A DNA stretch of 50,146 nucleotides from Pseudomonadota bacterium (lineage in GTDB: Bacteria; Pseudomonadota; Alphaproteobacteria; Rhizobiales; CAJQND01), in NCBI GenBank assembly GCA_039180225.1, contig JBCDDQ010000001.1, forward strand, positions 1-50,146, given 5' to 3'. The notes under the pieces were generated by a model, which was not told the origin of the DNA, ran no database searches, and was given only the letters and a program-made list of their open reading frames with translations. A program made the translations under genes and the position numbers. This document shows positions 1-8,550 of this stretch, in pieces. Within the stretch, counting starts at the first letter, position 1. Each line of letters starts with the position of its first letter.

Positions 1-132
1 CTCGGCCACCGACGGCTCGTGAAAATAGGATGCCGGTTTGCCCGCAATCTCAGTCGCCGCCAATAGCTTGCACAGGAGCGTACTGCCACTGCGCGGCGAT
101 GTGCAGATCACATAAGCATCAAAGGCCGCCAT
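1..132 (-). CDS. Stf0-family sulfotransferase, first 44 codons only (gene runs off the left edge)
   Basis: Reverse-strand ATG at 132..130 reads MAAFDAYVICTSPRSGSTLLCKLLAATEIAGKPASYFHEPSVAE, with no stop through position 1. PRSGSTLL preceded by a beta strand is a canonical PAPS-binding loop. Too short for the supplied ORF track. Confidence 0.7.
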   Translation of the reverse strand, partial: MAAFDAYVICTSPRSGSTLLCKLLAATEIAGKPASYFHEPSVAE

Positions 133-153
133 GTTGCTCCAAGAAACGGATCA

Positions 154-879
154 ATGCACCGCCTCAATGGCAGTACGCTCCTGTGCAGGCTGTTGGCGGC
201 GACCGCGATTGCGGGCAAGCCGGCATCCTATTTTCATGAGCCGTCGGTGGCCGAGTGGGCGAACGACCTTGATCTGCGACTTGATCCGGCGCTGCCTGAG
301 CCACAGGCCCTCAGCCGGATCTTCGATGCGGTGGTATCGCAGGGCAGCGCCGGAACAGGCTTGTTTGGCTTGCGGCTGCAGAGACACAGCTTTGATTTCT
401 TCATGCGCAAACTGGCCGTGGTCCAACCCGGATTTCAGAGCGATCAGGATCGGCTGACGGCAGCGTTCGGGCGCACCTCATTCATCTATCTTTCCCGGCG
501 CAACAAGGTCGACCAGGCCGTGTCCTATGTGAAGGCCGGCCTGAGCGGGCTCTGGCACGCGGCCCCGGATGGTACGGAGCTGGAACGCCTCTCTGAGCCG
601 CAGCCGTTGGTCTATGACGCGTCCAGGATTGGTGCTTCTGTCGCGCAGTTCACAGCGTTTGACCGCCAGTGGGAAGACTGGTTTCAAGCGGAAGGCATCG
701 CCCCCTTGCGCTTGACCTATGAAGCGCTTGCAGAATGCCCCCAAAAGGTTCTGAGCACTGTCTTGGATCATTTTGGCTTGGATGCGGGCGCGGCAGCAGG
801 TGTTCAGCCGGGCGTGGCGAAGCTGGCCGATGGGGTGAGTGCTGAGTGGGTCCGGCGCTACCGGGCTGAACACCCCTAG
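154..879 (+). CDS. Stf0-like sulfotransferase paralog with an atypical or truncated N-terminus
   Basis: 241-aa ORF. It has NGSTLLCRLLAATAIAGKPASYFHEPSVAEW and later FIYLSRRNKVDQAVSYVKA (sulfotransferase 3'-phosphate-binding RxxxxxxxS type). Only 4 residues precede the P-loop, so the first beta strand is missing. No in-frame ATG/GTG/TTG start lies upstream. Confidence 0.6.
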   Translation: MHRLNGSTLLCRLLAATAIAGKPASYFHEPSVAEWANDLDLRLDPALPEPQALSRIFDAVVSQGSAGTGLFGLRLQRHSFDFFMRKLAVVQPGFQSDQDRLTAAFGRTSFIYLSRRNKVDQAVSYVKAGLSGLWHAAPDGTELERLSEPQPLVYDASRIGASVAQFTAFDRQWEDWFQAEGIAPLRLTYEALAECPQKVLSTVLDHFGLDAGAAAGVQPGVAKLADGVSAEWVRRYRAEHP

Positions 880-1898
880 AGGCTGATGCGGCGCCCCTCG
901 GCTGAGGAGCGGTAGACGGCCTCCTCAATCTCCAGATTTGTCAGATAGTCCTGCGCGCTGTTCTGAACCGGCGCGCCTGAGGCGAGATGGTCCAGAACAT
1001 GGGCCTGGAGGCGGTGGACACTGTCGCCGGCAAAGCCCCGGTTCTGCCATTCATAGGCATGCAGAGCCCATGCGTTCTGCCCATGCTGACGGGTGTGGAT
1101 CTCGCCATCACCGTTCAAACTGAGCGCTCCGTCCGAGCCTTCAATCAGCATCTCGCCCATGGTGAGGCGGCGATTGTCCGCGGGGTGATCGGCCAGCCTG
1201 TTGCCATCGAACAGGCCGCGGCGGCCCCCGTTAAAGTCGAATATGATGATCCCGGCGTCTTCGCCGGCGATCACCGGATTGAGTTGACGGAGATCTGCGG
1301 TCACCTGGCTCACGTCGCCCAAAAGGAACCGGAAGACATCGATCAGATGGATGGCGGTTTCGTGGATCAGGAACCGCGGCATCTTCTGGAAATAGGGCTG
1401 GCGGGCAAGATAGGCCTCCGGTCCTTGGCCATCGCCGGGACGCAGACGGAACGAGACCTGATAAAGCGCACCCACCGCTCCATCGTCGATCAGGGCTTTC
1501 AGTTCCCCATGCCAGGGCTGAAAGCGGAAGTTCTCGTGGACGATCACCGTTGCCTCCTGTGCGGCGATCTCGGCGGTGAGGGTTTTGGCTTCCTCCAGGG
1601 TCGTGCAGAACGGTTTCTGGCAGATCACGGGGATGCGCCGGGCCATGGTCGCACGCACAAAAGTCTGGTGCGTCGGGGGTGGTGTGATGATGTCCACCAG
1701 GTCGGGTTTTGTCTCATCGAGCATCGCTTCAAAGTCGGAGAAGGTGTTGGCGATCTGGTGGTTGTTTGCGACGCTGCTCAAGGCCTCCGCATCCAGCGAG
1801 CAACAGCCCACCAGGTCAACCGGCAGACGCGACCAGCCGTCATAGTGAAACTGAGAGAAGTAACCAGTGCCAGCACAGGCGACTTTGAGACGGGTCAT
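876..1898 (-). CDS. Gfo/Idh/MocA family NAD(P)-dependent oxidoreductase
   Basis: MTRLKVACAGTGYFSQFHYDGW Rossmann N-terminus and ICQKPF motif. Start moved to the internal ATG at 1898, which overlaps the upstream stop as ATGA. Confidence 0.8.
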   Translation of the reverse strand: MTRLKVACAGTGYFSQFHYDGWSRLPVDLVGCCSLDAEALSSVANNHQIANTFSDFEAMLDETKPDLVDIITPPPTHQTFVRATMARRIPVICQKPFCTTLEEAKTLTAEIAAQEATVIVHENFRFQPWHGELKALIDDGAVGALYQVSFRLRPGDGQGPEAYLARQPYFQKMPRFLIHETAIHLIDVFRFLLGDVSQVTADLRQLNPVIAGEDAGIIIFDFNGGRRGLFDGNRLADHPADNRRLTMGEMLIEGSDGALSLNGDGEIHTRQHGQNAWALHAYEWQNRGFAGDSVHRLQAHVLDHLASGAPVQNSAQDYLTNLEIEEAVYRSSAEGRRISL

Positions 1899-2851
1899 GT
1901 GAAGCTCCAATGGCTGGGGGCGAGACCGGCGACAGGGGCATCGAACCGGGCGATCTGATGGCCCAACAGGCATCCCAGGTAGGCGGTGCTAAGATCAGAG
2001 CCGCCGAAGGCCAAACTGGAGATGTTGCGCAGGACCTTGCCCTTGTTGTCGTCCAGATGCGGCCGGCCCATGGTGCCGGACTGGAAAGCCTCTTCCACCC
2101 AGTCCAAGAAGGTTGGGTCGCAATCTTGTATGAGCAGTTCCTGCTGACCGTCCCGGTCTACCCGGATGACCCGGTTGGAGACGATTGAAGTGATCCAAAA
2201 ACCGCCCTCCCCATCGAATGTCAGCCCATCGGGGAACGTGCCTGAGCCATATTCGGCAATGGTTTGCTTGTTCGACAGATCCCCGTTCGCTGCCACATCA
2301 AACCGCACTGAGCGCCGGGCAAATGTCTCATTCACATAGAGCTGGCCGGTCTGCGGATGGATCAGGCACTCGTTGGTGTACCCCAGGCCATCGGCCACAA
2401 TTCGGGGCCCTTTTGCGTCACTCAAAACGATGAAACCTGTGGAGGCGGTTGGTCTGTAATCATCCCCGCGCGGCTGGATGCGCGTTGAGACGGTGATCCA
2501 CGTCCTGTGGTGGGCATCCACATGCACATAGTTGGTTGGTGGCAGCGGTGTGCCGTCGACCTCCAGCAGATGGGGTTGGAGCGTGCCGTCTGGGTCCAGA
2601 TGATAGACCCCACCGTCGCTGTCCCCCAAATGGGCCAGCAGCCAGCCACCTTTGGGATGCAGAGCAATGCCATTGGGTTTGGGGGTGAAGGCACCCTTGG
2701 CGCGCACTGAGTGCTGGTGGCCGTCTGGCGCGATTATGGTCACACCGCCGCGCCAATCGGCCACGTGCAGGCTGCCGTCCGGCAGGGTCAGGACGCATTC
2801 GGGCCGGGCGAGATCATCGCCGATGAAAGATAGACTATCGAGCGGGATCAT
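1895..2851 (-). CDS. SMP-30/gluconolactonase/LRE family protein
   Basis: 318-aa ORF with beta-propeller-like repeats (PECVLTLPDGSLHVADWRGG, PNGIALHPKGG, PDGLTFDGEGGFWITS). Translationally coupled to the downstream oxidoreductase. Confidence 0.75.
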   Translation of the reverse strand: MIPLDSLSFIGDDLARPECVLTLPDGSLHVADWRGGVTIIAPDGHQHSVRAKGAFTPKPNGIALHPKGGWLLAHLGDSDGGVYHLDPDGTLQPHLLEVDGTPLPPTNYVHVDAHHRTWITVSTRIQPRGDDYRPTASTGFIVLSDAKGPRIVADGLGYTNECLIHPQTGQLYVNETFARRSVRFDVAANGDLSNKQTIAEYGSGTFPDGLTFDGEGGFWITSIVSNRVIRVDRDGQQELLIQDCDPTFLDWVEEAFQSGTMGRPHLDDNKGKVLRNISSLAFGGSDLSTAYLGCLLGHQIARFDAPVAGLAPSHWSFT

Positions 2852-2968
2852 CTGCCCATCCAGGTTTGTTCAACGTCATATCAGGTGGACCATCTTGTGA
2901 AATACCTTCTGAAACACCAGGGCTGTGCTTGCACCGGTTCACCGTTAGACTTAGCATGCGCGGCTAAA

Positions 2969-4279
2969 ATGCGGAGGGGAAAACGCGTGTTACTGGGCTG
3001 TATCGCCGATGATTTTACCGGGGCCACCGATCTTGCCAATGTGCTGACCCGGGGCGGCATGTCTTGTGTCCAGTTGAACGGCCTTGGGGCGCTCAGCAAT
3101 GGTGCAGCAGGGCGGGTGGCCGGCGCAGATGCTGTTGTCGTTGCCCTGAAAAGCAGGTCTATCCCGGCTGCGGACGCTGTTGAACAGTCCTTGCAGGCGC
3201 TCACATGGCTGCGTGCGCAAGGATGCGTGAAGTTCTTCTTCAAGTATTGCTCCACTTTTGATTCCACAGACGAAGGCAATATTGGCCCGGTCGCCGAAGC
3301 GCTCATGGAGGCTTTGGGCGCGGATTTTACCATCGCCTGTCCGGCGGCACCGGAGAACGGCCGCACGGTCTATCAGGGCCATCTGTTTGTAAACGGTGTG
3401 CTGCTCTCCGAAACAGGCATGCGGCATCATCCGATCACGCCGATGACCGATGCCAATCTGGTGCGCGTGCTTGGCCGTCAGAGTGCCGGGGAGGTGGGGT
3501 TGATCGAGACCCCGGTGGTTCATGCAGGCAAGGCGCCTATTGCGGAGCGGATCGGACAGTTGCGCGCAGACGGTATCCGGCTGGCGATTGCCGATGCAAT
3601 CAGCGCGGCAGATCTCGTTGCGCTTGCCGATGGCACGGAGGATCTGGCCCTTCTGACCGGCGGTTCCGGTCTTGCTGTGGGGTTGCCGGATCTCTTCAAG
3701 CGCACCGGGCGCTTGGATGGGTCTGGTGCAACGCTGAATTGGCCGATCGACGGATACGGCGCGGTGATCTCCGGCAGTTGTTCGCAGGCGACCAACGGGC
3801 AGGTTGCTGTGATGAGCAAGACACATCCGGCCTTGGCGCTCAGCCCGGCTGCGCTCGCGGCTGATCAGGCCGGGGAGATTGAGAGGGCGGTTCAGTTCGT
3901 GGTGTCCCATCAGTCCGATGGTCCCGCCCTGGTCTTTTCGACCGCACCGCCAGATGAATTGGCTGCCGTGCAGGCCGCGCTTGGCCAAGAGCAGGCGAGC
4001 CAGCTGATCGAGACGGCCATGGGCGAGATTGCGCGGCGGCTGGTGGCGGGCGGCGTCAGGCGCCTGGTGGTTGCCGGCGGGGAGACGTCTGGAGCAGTGG
4101 TGACCGCGCTTGGGCTGGACACTCTGGCGATCGGGCCAGAAATCGACCCGGGTGTGCCCTGGACGCTCGCTCTGGGAGAACCGGACCTGGCTCTGGCGCT
4201 GAAGTCCGGGAACTTTGGCGGGCCGGACTTTTTCAGCAAGGCCTTTTCTGTCTTGGATGACCTGGCGGCAGCGGCATGA
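2969..4279 (+). CDS. otnK: Four-carbon acid sugar kinase family protein (DUF1537/YgbK; 3-oxo-tetronate kinase-like)
   Basis: LLGCIADDFTGATDLANVL N-terminal signature and C-terminal VVAGGETSGAVV nucleotide-binding motif. Start set at the internal ATG 2969. Stop overlaps the next gene as ATGA. Confidence 0.65.
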   Translation: MRRGKRVLLGCIADDFTGATDLANVLTRGGMSCVQLNGLGALSNGAAGRVAGADAVVVALKSRSIPAADAVEQSLQALTWLRAQGCVKFFFKYCSTFDSTDEGNIGPVAEALMEALGADFTIACPAAPENGRTVYQGHLFVNGVLLSETGMRHHPITPMTDANLVRVLGRQSAGEVGLIETPVVHAGKAPIAERIGQLRADGIRLAIADAISAADLVALADGTEDLALLTGGSGLAVGLPDLFKRTGRLDGSGATLNWPIDGYGAVISGSCSQATNGQVAVMSKTHPALALSPAALAADQAGEIERAVQFVVSHQSDGPALVFSTAPPDELAAVQAALGQEQASQLIETAMGEIARRLVAGGVRRLVVAGGETSGAVVTALGLDTLAIGPEIDPGVPWTLALGEPDLALALKSGNFGGPDFFSKAFSVLDDLAAAA

Positions 4280-4908
4280 GTGAACGAGAGCTCCGAGAAC
4301 AGATTGCCCGGTTCGGCCGCTCCTTGTTCATGCGCGGCTATAGCTGCGGGTCTTCGGGCAATATCTCAGTGAAGCTGGACGATGGGGTTCTGGTGACGCC
4401 CACCAACTCGTGCCTTGGTTTTCTGGAGCCGGACCGCATTTCCAAAGTGACGTTCGATGGCAAGCATCTGGCGGGTGATCCACCGTCAAAAGAGAGTTTC
4501 TTCCATCTGGCCCTTTATGAGGAGCGCAAGGACGATACCGCAATTGTTCACCTGCATTCACCGTATTTGGTTGCCGTTTCCTGCCTTGCGGATGTGAATG
4601 AGGAGGACGTGCTGCCGCCTCTTACGGCCTACTATGTGATGCGCGTTGGCAAGCTGCCGTTGGTGCCCTATTTCCGGCCCGGGGATAAGGCTCTGGCCGA
4701 CGCGGTGCGCACTTATGCCCGTGAACATCATGCCATGCTGCTGGCCAATCATGGGCCGATTGTCTCCGGCAAGACTCTGGATGCGGCGGTCTACGCGGCT
4801 GAGGAGTTGGAGGAGACCGCCAAACTCTACTTGTTGCTGGAGGGGCGGGCGACCCGACTGTTGAACGCGCACCAAATCGCAGACCTCCACGAAGCTTTTC
4901 CCACCTGA
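4276..4908 (+). CDS. otnC: Class II aldolase/adducin family protein (3-oxo-tetronate 4-phosphate decarboxylase-like)
   Basis: GSSGNISVKL, VLVTPTNSCLG and IVHLHSPY motifs typical of the YgbL/OtnC class II aldolase fold. Coupled to the upstream kinase. Confidence 0.65.
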   Translation: MSERELREQIARFGRSLFMRGYSCGSSGNISVKLDDGVLVTPTNSCLGFLEPDRISKVTFDGKHLAGDPPSKESFFHLALYEERKDDTAIVHLHSPYLVAVSCLADVNEEDVLPPLTAYYVMRVGKLPLVPYFRPGDKALADAVRTYAREHHAMLLANHGPIVSGKTLDAAVYAAEELEETAKLYLLLEGRATRLLNAHQIADLHEAFPT

Positions 4909-4926
4909 ATGAGATAACCCCCTGAC

Positions 4927-5220
4927 ATGTATGTTGTGACCGTGAAATTCACCCTGGCCAAGGGTGCAGCAGAGGCCTTTATGGGTCTCATGCGCGCTCA
5001 GGCCCGCAATTCCCTAGAACTGGAGCCCGGATGCCATCAGTTCGATGTGTGCAGTGACCCAAGTGATCCCGGTACTGTGTTTCTCTATGAGCTCTATACC
5101 GATGAGGCCGCCTTTCAGGTTCACCTGGCCAGTGATCACTTCAAGCAGTTCGATGCGGATGTGGCCGATCTGGTCGTCGACAAGCAGGTGGCCTGCTACC
5201 GCCGCGATACGCCCGCCTGA
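4927..5220 (+). CDS. Antibiotic-biosynthesis-monooxygenase (ABM) domain protein / putative quinol monooxygenase
   Basis: 97-aa ORF with a ferredoxin-like ABM pattern (YVVTVKF...FLYELYTDEAAFQVHLASDHFKQF). Confidence 0.65.
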   Translation: MYVVTVKFTLAKGAAEAFMGLMRAQARNSLELEPGCHQFDVCSDPSDPGTVFLYELYTDEAAFQVHLASDHFKQFDADVADLVVDKQVACYRRDTPA

Positions 5221-5229
5221 GACCGACGG

Positions 5230-6315
5230 ATGGCGATTTCCAACGAACTCAGAATAGCGGTCATGCCAGGCGATGGCATTGGTGATGAGATCATGGCGCC
5301 CTGTCTGGAACTGCTGGAGCTGGTGCGCGCCAAGGTGGGGGGATTTGCGCTGGCCTATGACTGGGTTGAGGCCGGCGCCGGCCTTTATGCCAGAACCGGA
5401 GAAGCGCTGCCCGATGCGGCCATCCGGCGGGCCTCAGATGCAGATGCCATCCTGCTGGCCGCCATGGGGCTGCCGGAGGTGCGCTATCCGGACGGCCGTG
5501 AGATCGTGCCGCAAGTGGATATCCGCGAGATTTTGGACCTTTATGCAGGTGTTCGCCCGGTACGCACTTTCCCGGGCATGCGTCTGCCTCTGGCTGATGA
5601 GCGGGCCCAACATCTTGATCTTGTGCTGATACGCGAATCCACCGAAGGCCTCTTCTGGGGTCGGGGAAAGTCCTTCGTTGATAAAGACGAAGCCCACGAC
5701 AAGATGGTGATCACCCGGATAGGCACCGAGCGGGTCTGCCAATACGCCTTTCAACTTGCTGAACGGCGAAAAGCGCGCGGACATGAAGGGCGCGTGACGT
5801 GCGTCGATAAGGCCAATGTCTTGGGCTCGATGGCGTTCTTCCGCGACGTGTTCGACGGCTGCGCGGCGCACCATGAGGGCATTGTGGCGGACCATTGCTA
5901 TGTGGATGCCATGGCCCTGAAGCTGATCCGCAACCCGTGGGACAATGATGTGCTGGTGACCGAAAACATGTTCGGCGACATTCTGTCAGATGCGGGCGCG
6001 GCCTTGATGGGCGGTATGGGGCTCGCCCCCTCCGCCGATATTGGCGATAAGCATGCGGTCTTTCAGCCCTGTCACGGCACCGCGCCCGACATTATGGGCA
6101 CCGGCAGAGCAAACCCCACGGCGATGATCCTGTCGGCAGCCATGATGCTGGACTGGCTGGGCGAGCGTCACAACGCCGAAAAGCTGGTGGAGGCGGGCGC
6201 TATCCTGGACCAGGCCGTGCGCTCAGCATTCGCCGATGGGGATCTGGTGCCCTACGAAATGGGCGGACACGCCGGCTTGCGCGAGATTGCAGGCCGCGTG
6301 AAAGACGCTCTATAG
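5230..6315 (+). CDS. Isocitrate/isopropylmalate dehydrogenase family oxidative decarboxylase (tartrate/D-malate dehydrogenase-like)
   Basis: IAVMPGDGIGDEI N-terminus, LIRESTEGL and NMFGDILSD motifs diagnostic of the family. Exact substrate is not assignable. Confidence 0.75.
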   Translation: MAISNELRIAVMPGDGIGDEIMAPCLELLELVRAKVGGFALAYDWVEAGAGLYARTGEALPDAAIRRASDADAILLAAMGLPEVRYPDGREIVPQVDIREILDLYAGVRPVRTFPGMRLPLADERAQHLDLVLIRESTEGLFWGRGKSFVDKDEAHDKMVITRIGTERVCQYAFQLAERRKARGHEGRVTCVDKANVLGSMAFFRDVFDGCAAHHEGIVADHCYVDAMALKLIRNPWDNDVLVTENMFGDILSDAGAALMGGMGLAPSADIGDKHAVFQPCHGTAPDIMGTGRANPTAMILSAAMMLDWLGERHNAEKLVEAGAILDQAVRSAFADGDLVPYEMGGHAGLREIAGRVKDAL

Positions 6316-6340
6316 GCCGCTTAATCTGTCAGAGGAAAAC

Positions 6341-6385
6341 TGCCGGGCACCGCTGTGGGGCATAATCAATGTTCGGTGCCCGGCA
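6341..6385. terminator. Hairpin between convergent genes
   Basis: Perfect 12-bp stem: tgccgggcaccg (6341..6352) pairs with cggtgcccggca (6374..6385). On the minus strand it is followed by GTTTTCC. Confidence 0.5.
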
Positions 6386-6537
6386 AGAGGGCAGTGAGAG
6401 AAGCTCTTGCTTGCAACCTGCCTGGCACATGCGGGTGAGGGGGGACTACTGTGCCGCGGGCTGTTTGACGCCTTACCTTGTTCTCTCACGCGGGCTTATA
6501 CGCCGCGCCGGTGACAGTTGAATGACAGATCTCTGCC

Positions 6538-8544
6538 CTAAAAAGCCACGCACCGGCCGAACTCATAGAAGAACCCGGGCGGGCACACATCGTAGCTCGG
6601 CCCCCGGTAGCGCCGGCGCACGCAGCGGCTGCCTTGGCGCCGATATCCGGGGCCGCAATACTCCGCAACGAAACGGCGGTGCACGCATTCTCCCTCTAGA
6701 TACACGTAGCGACGCGGGCAGCGGGCCCGACGCTGTTTACGCTGCGGCTTGGGTCTCAGCTGAGGATCAACATTGACGGTCTTTGGAGGTTCATAGCGCG
6801 CGCATTCAGCCGACTTCACCCCGCAGCTCTTCAACATGCTGCACAGCGCACGCCGTGAGCCCTTGAGCTGGAAAGAGGCCGCAAAAGGCGGCGCGGAAAC
6901 GGTGAGCTGATTGGCGCTCATGAGATCGCGCACAATGCGGCTGCTGGTGGAAAAGCCTTTCGATGCATCACCGATCTCTAGTTCCCCAGTAAGACCGGCA
7001 ACCGATGCGGGTACGGCGTGTTTGGCGCCTGTGTCAAAGCTCAGCGGCAAGGAGGCGCCGGCTGCCTCAAGCGCTTTCAGGCCGCGCTTCATGCGTCCAT
7101 CAAAGTCGGGATAAACCCCCCGTTTCTTCTCGCGCAGAATGGCTGAAATCTGCTTTTTCGGGCTGCAATAGGCCAGGAATTCAAGGCCGTTTGCTTCCAC
7201 GCCGGCTGCCGGAGAGGACGCGTTGCCCTCATCTTGCACATACTTGAAAGGGCGCCAGGCGGACTTGCCCGGTCCAAGGTTCACCGTCTCTTCCACTTCT
7301 GGTTCCGCATCCGGCACCACCGCCGCAGCCTGATCGCTGCCTTGAAGGCGTTTCACGTAGGCACGCGCGAGATCCGAGCGCACGCCTTCGGGGAAATCGC
7401 GCAAGTATGCCTGCCAACCCTCCAACGTATTGGTTTCAAGGGCGGTTTCGAAGGCCTCTTTCGCCGTGGGGGATTCCTCCGGGGCAGGTGGTGTCGTCTC
7501 CCTGGTTGCAACGCTGGGCTCTTCATCGAAGCTGGCGGCATAGCTGGTGCAATCGGCCAGGAAGTTGAGGATCGGGTCGGTGGCACCGGAGAGGGAGACG
7601 GCGACGGTCTTGAAGCTGTTCACCTGATAGTCGATATCCGGCAGCTCCTGCAGGGTCTCCCACAGGGCGTCGTCGTTCTTGACGGTGATCCGGGCACCGG
7701 ACACCGGTTCGTTCGCGCCCTTGGCAACCACGGTTCCATCAAAGGTGTGGTCTTTACTGTTGCCGGTGAAGGCCACTTTAACAGAGGCGGCTTCTTCCAG
7801 ATCACCGGTCTCAGAGCTGAGCTTCAAGACCGATACATTGTTCTTAAAGCCCACCGCGCAGTACCCCTGCATCAGCACGTTGTCCGTGTCTGGCGAACTG
7901 ATGGTGAGTGTGGATGCGCTCTTGCCCTCATTGGCTTCGTCCTTGAACTTCCGATACGTCCATTTCAGCTGCGGGCTGGCTTCAGGCTTTTCTTCCGTTT
8001 CTGCTGTGGTTTCTGGTTCCGGGGTGGTTTCCTCTGCGTCGTCCGGCGCCACAGTGATGGCTTTTTGCTCGTCAGCAGGCTTGGTTTCTGCCACTTCGGG
8101 CTCGGGTTCTGGTTCGACCTGCGGAGGCTCTTCAGCGGCGACGTCCTGCTCTTTCTTTGGCTCCGGTTCCGGCGTGGCGGGTGCGGGCTGCTCTGCGGCC
8201 ACATAGCCCTCGCACTGCCGGAAGGTGCCTTTCACCTGGACCTTGCGTGAACACAAAACCCCACCCCATTTGTAGCCGGTCTTGCCATCGTCAAACTCGA
8301 TCTTGAACCAGGGGAAGCCATTCATCTGGACTCCGGTGTCTTCCAGGAGCTTAACCGTGTCGCCCTCTTTCAGGCCGGCCACCTGCTTGAAGCTGGAGCC
8401 GGGCCCGGTGCGCACTTTGCCGCCCCAGGAACCAGCCTCCACGGGAAATGTGTTTTGCGCCTGAGCCAGGGGGCTCAAGAGCAACGTGGTGGCCGCGACG
8501 GCAAGTGTTTTGGTCAGCAGTTTCAATCGAGGAGCCATAGTCAA
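6538..8544 (-). CDS. Secreted SH3b-domain protein with an acidic Pro/Glu linker, two related internal modules and a basic Cys-rich C-terminal repeat
   Basis: Signal peptide MTMAPRLKLLTKTLAVAATTLLLSPLAQAQ and an SH3b-like segment (GGKVRTGPGSSFKQVAGLKEGDTVKLLE...WFKIEF). The linker is EPEPE-rich. The C-terminus carries three C-x2-G-x5-G-x-C-V motifs. Confidence 0.7.
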   Translation of the reverse strand: MTMAPRLKLLTKTLAVAATTLLLSPLAQAQNTFPVEAGSWGGKVRTGPGSSFKQVAGLKEGDTVKLLEDTGVQMNGFPWFKIEFDDGKTGYKWGGVLCSRKVQVKGTFRQCEGYVAAEQPAPATPEPEPKKEQDVAAEEPPQVEPEPEPEVAETKPADEQKAITVAPDDAEETTPEPETTAETEEKPEASPQLKWTYRKFKDEANEGKSASTLTISSPDTDNVLMQGYCAVGFKNNVSVLKLSSETGDLEEAASVKVAFTGNSKDHTFDGTVVAKGANEPVSGARITVKNDDALWETLQELPDIDYQVNSFKTVAVSLSGATDPILNFLADCTSYAASFDEEPSVATRETTPPAPEESPTAKEAFETALETNTLEGWQAYLRDFPEGVRSDLARAYVKRLQGSDQAAAVVPDAEPEVEETVNLGPGKSAWRPFKYVQDEGNASSPAAGVEANGLEFLAYCSPKKQISAILREKKRGVYPDFDGRMKRGLKALEAAGASLPLSFDTGAKHAVPASVAGLTGELEIGDASKGFSTSSRIVRDLMSANQLTVSAPPFAASFQLKGSRRALCSMLKSCGVKSAECARYEPPKTVNVDPQLRPKPQRKQRRARCPRRYVYLEGECVHRRFVAEYCGPGYRRQGSRCVRRRYRGPSYDVCPPGFFYEFGRCVAF

Positions 8545-8550
8545 TCCTTC

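Noticed and set aside
30-239. 69-aa plus-strand ORF across the left-edge palindrome
   Set aside because: The near-palindromic peptide (…PPIACTGAY…APVQAVGG…) simply reflects reading through both arms of the inverted Stf0 duplication. The real coding frames are the divergent Stf0 genes.
6423-6440. TGGCAC-atgcg-GGTGA as a sigma54 promoter
   Set aside because: It lacks a TTGC-like -12 element and lies between convergent gene ends with nothing to transcribe.
7234-8250. 338-aa ORF (and the 7679..8206 ORF) antisense to the secreted SH3 protein gene
   Set aside because: It mirrors the acidic Pro/Glu linker of the sense gene and is a low-complexity translation with no signals of its own.
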